Below are positions 11,504 through 20,000 of a stretch of DNA of 20,000 bases, piece after piece. The notes under the pieces were generated by a model that saw only the letters and a program-made list of their open reading frames with translations, did no database searches and was not told the DNA's origin. Every line of letters begins with the position of its first letter. Position 1 is the stretch's first letter. Position numbers and translations under genes: made by a program. The DNA is from Catajapyx aquilonaris (Eukaryota): contig JYFJ02001984.1 in the NCBI GenBank assembly GCA_000934665.2, positions 45,245 through 65,244 of the forward strand, read 5' to 3'.

Positions 11504-11688
11504 AACGGATAAATATTTTGGTTCCGGTGTTCTAGCTACAAAATAAAAAGTAGGTAAAAACCTAGAAATCCGTTCTTTTATAATGTGCAATGCGTCGTGA
11601 AATAAAAATTATAAAAGAACGGATTTCTAGGTTTTTACCTACTTTTTATTTTGTAGCTAGAACACCGGAACCAAAATATCTATCCGTT
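11504..11688. repeat. Long palindrome: 81-bp arms, 23-bp spacer, one mismatch
   Basis: 11504-11584 is the reverse complement of 11608-11688 except at one position. Confidence 0.95.
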
Positions 11689-12280
11689 TCATAACGCAAT
11701 GACCTCAAAAATAGTAGTTTTCTAAAACCTAAAAATTGCCTATTTCGGACGATGGGGCCTAAATGGCCTATTAGCGCATATTTTCACCTATTTACGCCTT
11801 TTTGACGCCTTTTCGTAATATTTTCGGCAGTTTTTACGTGTTTTCCGTTCAATAAGTCATCCCTCCCGCTTCAACCTGTGAATAGCGAAGAAGCTGTAGG
11901 AGTGTAGGGTGTAGGCCTACCCTATAGACATGATGCCGGATGAACTGGCTGTACAAATCATTTAACTTTTCAAGAATGATCCAGTTTCTTTGTGTGACGT
12001 CGAAAGGTCATTTTCAGCGTATAAAGTTGTACTGTCACACAGGCATCGCCGAAAAAATAATAATAAAAATAAAAACTAAAATATGGAACTGCTAATTTGT
12101 TACTGTGTTGCAAAATTACATGGCCAATAGTGGGCTGTAATAATATTGCATGAGACTGAAAATAAATGAGGACCTGCTTGATTTTTAGAGCCTACGTATT
12201 TAAGAGCCATTTTAACTGTTTTCAAGACCTGAATGCCTATCTATTTGAGGGTTTTTTAGAACCTAGAAATCCGTTTTTTG
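11611..12280 (+). mobile_element. Non-autonomous hAT element (internal deletion derivative)
   Basis: Inverted termini AACGGATTTCTAGGT (~11618) / ACCTAGAAATCCGTT (12261-12275); repeated subterminal (g/a)cctat(t) motifs. 11969-12052 reads FKNDPVSLCDVERSFSAYKVVLSHRHRR, then NMELLICYC, matching the hAT C-terminal dimerization motif. Confidence 0.8.
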
Positions 12281-12869
12281 GACATTATTTTCATCACCTA
12301 AGCAAGGCAAAACAATATAAAAATTGTGATAATAATGGGCGACAATTGACTATTCCAGTCTTATTGCCTCTGCATGTAGGGGGATAGTATACGTGTACAT
12401 TATATACACAGAGCATGCTGCTTGGTTTAATCAAAATAATAAAACTTACCATAGATTTGTACTTTGCCTTCTAGAAAAAGTCTGGTATATTTTGTCGTTG
12501 GCGTGACATTGATATTGATATTAGCTGCAATATCCGTCCCACTGCTAACTTTGCAGTACTGTACTAGTGTTGGCACTGGTACTGCTAAGTTAGCAGTATC
12601 TAACAGTCAGTTGTATGACGGCCGACACAACAGTCATATGCTCCTGAGTGAGGAAAGCAAGCGAGTCAAAGCTGCAGAGTCTTCTGTAATTATAATTACA
12701 TTGCTGTAGCACCAATCGCCAAGGACACATCATAAGAACTGCACTGAAGCCTTGCAAAGGTAAGAAGAGAAAGATCACATGTCACAATCTGCAGTAGGTG
12801 CTTGCTTGAAATGCAGGTTACACTGTCTTCAATAATAACTCAGGCCAACAAGTTTGTTGTAGCATTGAT

Positions 12870-14190
12870 GCCTAATTCGAGTGTGCTGAATCCAAATCTG
12901 ATGTTAGTATTTCTCTGTAAGCTATAGATTTTCTACAATTCAAAAGTTTAGTTTTCGCGACATTTTGGCGCCTGTCGCCTGATGACATGATCTCTCTGAG
13001 GAATTTGTGGTCATACAGTCTTAAAATTAGGCATAAACAACCGTCTTGGTAAAGATATATTCACTTTTTATTCACAAAAAGTTGTAGGTGCATAACAATA
13101 TGCATTAAAGTTTGAAAAAGTCATAAAATGGAAAAAGAATGTCCCAATTTCAAAATCCTATAACTCGAAAACTGGTAGACATATCTTAAAGGGACACTCC
13201 ACTGAAAATACAAGTTGGGCTTTAAAAATCGGGCTAAAAATCCTGAATCCGAGGGTATAAGAAGTTTTTCTGAGAGACGAACGGTAAGGCCAGGACTGGC
13301 CAGGCCGAGAGGTCAGATTCGTAAAATAATAGTCTCCCGCGCAGTGAGTGATGGGAACAAGATCCCTCCAGCGGCCAGATGGGGAACCACGCGGACGGAC
13401 GGGACTGTTCCGGCGTGGTTCCGGGAGCGAATATTATGGAAAAAAGAGAGTGCGCGACCTGATACGGAGGCTAACGAGGCAGTCAGAAACCCCCAACGGT
13501 GCGGAGAAGGCATCACTTATCTCGGGCGGGGGAGCACCTTTAATTCGCGCCATCCCCTGGTCTAGTTCCTCCCGGTTCCGCTCCTCTGGTGGCGTTGCCA
13601 CCTGCGCCGCGCGCGGTTTTCGAACGGCACACTACCAGCTTACACCCTGGCCTTACCTCAGAAAAACTGCTTATAAAACCCTCGGATTACCCTCGGATTC
13701 AGGATTTTTTGCCCGATTTTTAGAACCCAGCTTGTATTTTGAGTGGAGTGTCCCTTTAATGATTTACGTTTTGAAATGCTAAGAAATGTCCAATGTTTTG
13801 GTCTCACTCTTAGTTTGGTTCGATATGAGCTCCATTTGTCGCTTGGCAAATGTAAATATATGGTAATCGGTGTCATGCATAATCAGCTCCGGCATATCTT
13901 GTCTGGCGTTACCGTTGCAATTTTTTTCCCATAGGTGATGGAGATACCTGATCTTTTCACAATACATGTACTGTATCTCCACAAAAATGTCAATCGGGGT
14001 AAGATCTGGGCTTCTGGCGGGCTAGGCACTGGGAAAATTATCCTTCACGACTTCGCACAGCCTTGAACAAGTGAAACTTTCCTACAGCCGGATTGTTTGT
14101 ATGAGGCTACTTTTCAGGTGCATATCATGAAGAACAATGTTTGTGGTGTAAAGGCCAGTCATCTTCCAGCAGCTACGGGTTAGAATCACA
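12870..14190 (-). mobile_element. Decayed Tc1/mariner transposon copy A, interrupted by a Kolobok-type MITE
   Basis: Minus strand: *PARSPDLTPID(F)LW.Y..VKDQV (~14025-13945; cf. WPPRSPDLTPLDFFLWGYVK), IATVTPD, ICQATNGAHIEPN* (~13855-13811). The 3' noncoding part is homologous in inverted orientation to 14539-14690. Confidence 0.8.
13190..13755. mobile_element. Kolobok-type MITE, 566 bp
   Basis: TTAA TSD at 13186-13189 and 13756-13759; termini AGGGACACTCCACT...AGTGGAGTGTCCCT; ~100-bp imperfect TIRs. AG..CT termini with TTAA fit Kolobok rather than piggyBac (CC..GG). Confidence 0.85.
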
Positions 14191-14244
14191 GCAGTATCTC
14201 CAGATATGATTGAGTGGGTTTGGCTCGAGACCGGATATCGTCTT

Positions 14245-14915
14245 TTTTATTTCTCGAGCGACAAATGATGCTCATATCGAAACAAACTAATGTGAGACAA
14301 ACCGAAGCAGGTTGGTGTAGGGGATCGGGAGGTCCTGGGTTCGAATTCCGGGCCGGCGACCCTGACCGTGGTGTTCTGTGGTTTCCCACAGTCCCCCCAG
14401 GTTAATTCCGAGGTCGTTTCCGTACAAATAGGCCACAACCACTTCCTCCCTTCCATATCCTTGGCCCCATCCAATGGTGGTATTCCACCCCCCTAATGGA
14501 GCGCCGTTCTCCCAAATGGGGTATAAACAAAAGAAAACTGTGAGACCAAAACTTTTAACATTTCGTAACATTTCAAAACTTAAATCAGTTAGATATGTCT
14601 GCAAGTTTTTGACTTATTGGGTTTTAAAATTGGGGCATAATTTTTCGATATTTTTGTACTTTTTTCAAACTGTAATGCATATGCTATTGTGATGCTTGAA
14701 AACATTTACCATCATTACTTAATGCCTTCACGACCTGTTTCATCAAGCCGAGCTTGATATGGTAGCTCCAAGCCTAATTCTCAAGCTATCCCCAGTGTAA
14801 ATAGCAATGGGTGTCCTTTCCCCCCCGAAAATCCCAAGTTTCAAATTGCATGAAAACTAGAGCATGTAGAGGAAAACCCGATTTCAGATTCAAAATCAGC
14901 GTTGAAAAAATACTT
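14245..14915 (+). mobile_element. Decayed Tc1/mariner transposon copy B (3' end only), interrupted by SINE
   Basis: ISRATNDAHIETN* at ~14249-14290 matches the C-terminus of copy A. 14539-14690 aligns to the reverse complement of 13095-13189 + 13760-13810. Weaker similarity extends to ~14915. Confidence 0.75.
14301..14538 (+). mobile_element. tRNA-derived SINE, copy 2 (internally deleted)
   Basis: Starts accgaagca like copy 1; B box GGTTCGAATTCC 14338-14349; shares the body and the atggtggtattccacccccctaa end; A-rich tail; TSD-like tgtgagacaaa (14291-14301) / tgtgagaccaaa (14539-14550). Confidence 0.85.
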
Positions 14916-15557
14916 AGAATCAGTTGAAAAATCTCATGCAACAGAAAAAAATTTTTTTTTGTTGGCCTGCGTAATATATTACTATAATTACATTTAAAAT
15001 CATGGGATTTTATTAAAAACACCTCATCCACGAGTGTGAAAATACATCTCACTTATCCCATGCTGATGTCCATGGGTTCTTCACCCCCATTATCCCCATC
15101 ATCACCCACTTTTTCATTTCATTTCATTTTCATTCACCCAAAAATCACACATCCTTTGAGATGGATCCCTATTGTGGATACTGTTTGGTTTGGTTACTTG
15201 CTTCTCTTCGACAACAAGTAATGAAGACAACACCTTTGCTGTTTACAAAAGCTTATTCGATCTTTGTAGAACTGAGCCATTTACACCTGTCTAAGGAAAC
15301 AACAGTAGGGTTTCACTTGATCAGTCAGTTCTTGTCATTCCTGCAGGTACAAGGAGAAACCTTCTCCTTAATATTTCAGACAACACAACCATGATCTTGC
15401 CTACATGAATCCTCACACTCCTCTTCTGACATAAACATGTATACCAAGATCATGCTTCAATTATATTCCGGGTGAAGTTAGAAACATGGCACTGATGATT
15501 TAAGATTGTTGGATGCACTTTTTCTCCTAAGACTGACTTTACATATTACATGCACTA

Positions 15558-18049
<2,492 letters not shown>

Positions 18050-18257
18050 ATCGAGCAATCTCTCTGTCCGGTGTATTCTGGATAGGCGGTCGTCAGAACT
18101 AGTACGTGGCATATGGGGCCTAGCCCTAACCAGAGACCAAGGCAGAAGGACGCCCAGATGCGCCACACAGCGTCTAGCGAGATGCAATTCATTAGCTTTG
18201 ACCTTGCTGCCGCCAGATGTCTCTCATTAGGTAGCGAACCTACTGAAGCCAGAGATG

Positions 18258-18275
18258 GTGACGTCACATCCGCCC
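18258..18275. promoter_or_regulatory. Candidate ILF2-like promoter elements: CRE palindrome and GC box
   Basis: GTGACGTCAC 18258-18267 and CCGCCC 18270-18275, about 210 bp upstream of the inferred ATG. Confidence 0.45.
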
Positions 18276-18344
18276 GCACCATTCAAACCTATTCAAACGC
18301 TACCGTATCGCTACCATATGCAGTGACAACGTTATTATTTATTT

Positions 18345-19318
18345 TAAGGGCGATAGCCTCCGCCCGACTGCGAGCCACTTGGTCAACATCGCGCGGAATG
18401 CTGACGATTGTCCTGGGGAATGCCACCATACGTCCCCGTCAGCGGAAAGTGCTCGCCAAAACGATGAGAGGAGTACTCCAGACCTAGAAGGACAGCGACC
18501 TTCGCAGCAAGCCCAGCCAGGGCAAGGTGTTTGAGTGCGTGGGCCAGTCTACAGCGTCCAGCCATTTCTTCCGGGATGGTAAATACACCCAATTCGCAGA
18601 TTGGCGATTCATTCATAGGGCTCGTCTTAATCTGGTGCCCTTGAATGGAGCTAGACCGTGGACAAAGGATAACCCGCCGTGCCGCCGCTGTCCTCACCCA
18701 CAGGAGACCCTACCTCACGTGCTGAACCACTGCAAGGTGCATACAACATACATTATGAAGCGCCATAATGCAGTGGTGAGCCGCGTGAGGGAGGCAGCCA
18801 AGGCCAAGTACACCATATTGTCGGAGAACCAGCAAGTGGTCCCAGGATGCCCTCTCCGGCCCGACTTGGTGGTGGGACAACAACGGGAGACTGCCATCAT
18901 CCTAGATGTCGCTTGCCCGTTTGAGAGTGGCCCTGACGCTTTTTCTGAAGCTCGTCGCCACAAGGAGGAAAAATACGCTGATCTGGCTGAAGAGCTCAAG
19001 AAGAGGTATCGGCAGGTGTCGGTACAGGCCATAATTGTGGGATCACTGGGGTCATGGGACCCAGCGAACGACAAGATTATCAGGAGACTATGCAGCCGAT
19101 CATATCTGCGGCTGTTCAGGAAGCTGTGTGTGTCAGAGGTGATAAGCTGGAGCAGAAAGGCATACATCGCTCATATGACTGGAGAAGAGCAACATTAATC
19201 ATTGTATAGATGTGTGTGTTATTTGTTTATTTTTTTGACAGGAGTAGTTTATGTAATGTAATCTTGGCCATGATTGTCATTTTATTGTTCCTATACCAGT
19301 GTTGACTATTAATAAAAA
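18345..19318 (+). mobile_element. 5'-truncated RLE-type non-LTR retrotransposon (Utopia/NeSL-like): post-RT region, CCHC knuckle, restriction-like endonuclease, 3' UTR
   Basis: One frame 18347-19198 with an internal TAG at 18485-18487: KPSQGKVFECV, FADWRFIHRARLNLVPLNG, CRRC..ETLPHVLNHC, RHNAVV, RPDLVV..IILDVACPFE..KEEKY, VGSLGSW. T-rich 3' UTR ends in AATAAA (19311-19316). Confidence 0.92.
18527..19198 (+). CDS. Zinc knuckle + PD-(D/E)xK restriction-like endonuclease of the retrotransposon polyprotein (fragment)
   Basis: 223-aa ORF with intact CCHC, RH and PD..D..K..KY motifs. Confidence 0.85.
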   Translation: MFECVGQSTASSHFFRDGKYTQFADWRFIHRARLNLVPLNGARPWTKDNPPCRRCPHPQETLPHVLNHCKVHTTYIMKRHNAVVSRVREAAKAKYTILSENQQVVPGCPLRPDLVVGQQRETAIILDVACPFESGPDAFSEARRHKEEKYADLAEELKKRYRQVSVQAIIVGSLGSWDPANDKIIRRLCSRSYLRLFRKLCVSEVISWSRKAYIAHMTGEEQH

Positions 19319-19524
19319 GACCGTAGCATAGATTTCAACAATGTTTCAACAATGAATTTTTCCTACTTGTTCTTCTTCTTGTTCTTGTTACGTTTTTTTT
19401 ATTCGCCCTAACTCAAGTTCTGCTGTAGGTAGAGCTTCCTAATTTTGAACACAGATCCCCACCGTCGTGACTTGATTTCCTACCACTTATCCTTTTACTT
19501 AATTCCTCTTCAAAACGCCCCTTC

Positions 19525-20000
19525 ATGGAGGGAGGTGCCTGGGAGAGTGGTGGAGGCGAGTTGGAAGTTGCTGGTGGTGAAGATGGTGAAGTCTTAACAC
19601 CGGATGGCCAAACCCCTATCTATATATTCCTACCTACTCTGGCCCGCATCCATGGAAGAGGGAGGTGCTCGGAGGCATGGGTCCAATTTGAGGCGGTCCT
19701 GGAGGAGCTGACGACCCTAGCTAGGGAGACGGCGCATATTCCTACGCCTACCAACATCACAGAGCCCAGGAAAAAGATGGACGTTGAGGACCCGAAAGCC
19801 ATGCAGAAGCTATACAAAAGGAATCGGAAACGGGCCATCCGACTGCTGTTGGAGGGGGAGGGGCAGCAGTGTTCCATCCCAGCAGCCCAACTGGAGACGT
19901 TCCTCAGCGAGGCCTATAGTCCTAAGGCCTGGGACCAGTCTTTTTATGATGAGAGACCGGCCAAACCACCGATACCGATGAGGAACTTCACGCCAGGAGA
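19525..20000 (+). mobile_element. Second Utopia/NeSL-like segment: open frame for the region just upstream of the RT, running off the window
   Basis: Stop-free frame from ATG 19525: ...WVQFEAVLEE...DVEDPKAMQKLYKRNRKRAIRLLLEGEGQQCSIP...RNFTPG (cf. IQxLYRxNRxRAVRxILxG...CxIP...FTxxEV). Missing from the ORF track because it has no stop in the window. Confidence 0.8.

Noticed and set aside
12541..12597. Short palindromes actgctaa-g-ttagcagt and actgctaact/agttagcagt
   Set aside because: Too short, with no TSD or further copies to call an element.
13186..13759. piggyBac assignment from the TTAA TSD
   Set aside because: Termini are AGGG...CCCT rather than CCC...GGG.
13215..13782. ORFs of 116 and 144 aa
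   Set aside because: Lie within the GC-rich MITE; no transposase motifs.

Overview
Animal (invertebrate-like) genomic DNA, not prokaryotic. The right end carries an intron-containing ILF2/NF45-like gene on the minus strand. Seven coding exons join in frame (ATG at 18049, 294 codons to 15593), but I cannot find intact C-terminal exons. Immediately upstream and divergent are two 5'-truncated, same-orientation segments of an RLE-type non-LTR retrotransposon (Utopia/NeSL-like) with no U2 snRNA target visible. The rest is nested mobile DNA: two copies of a tRNA-derived SINE, a Kolobok-type MITE (TTAA TSD) inside an inverted pair of Tc1/mariner relics, a hAT deletion derivative with an 81-bp-arm palindrome, and Tc1-like and Harbinger-like MITEs. 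Three heavily decayed fossils were recognised only by manual motif reading: a LINE RT, a KDZ/CxC-chromodomain-type transposase, and a divergent DDE_Tnp_4 + SWIM/YqaJ (ISL2EU-type) pair. All family calls come from remembered motifs, not searches. Most ORFs in the supplied track are spurious.
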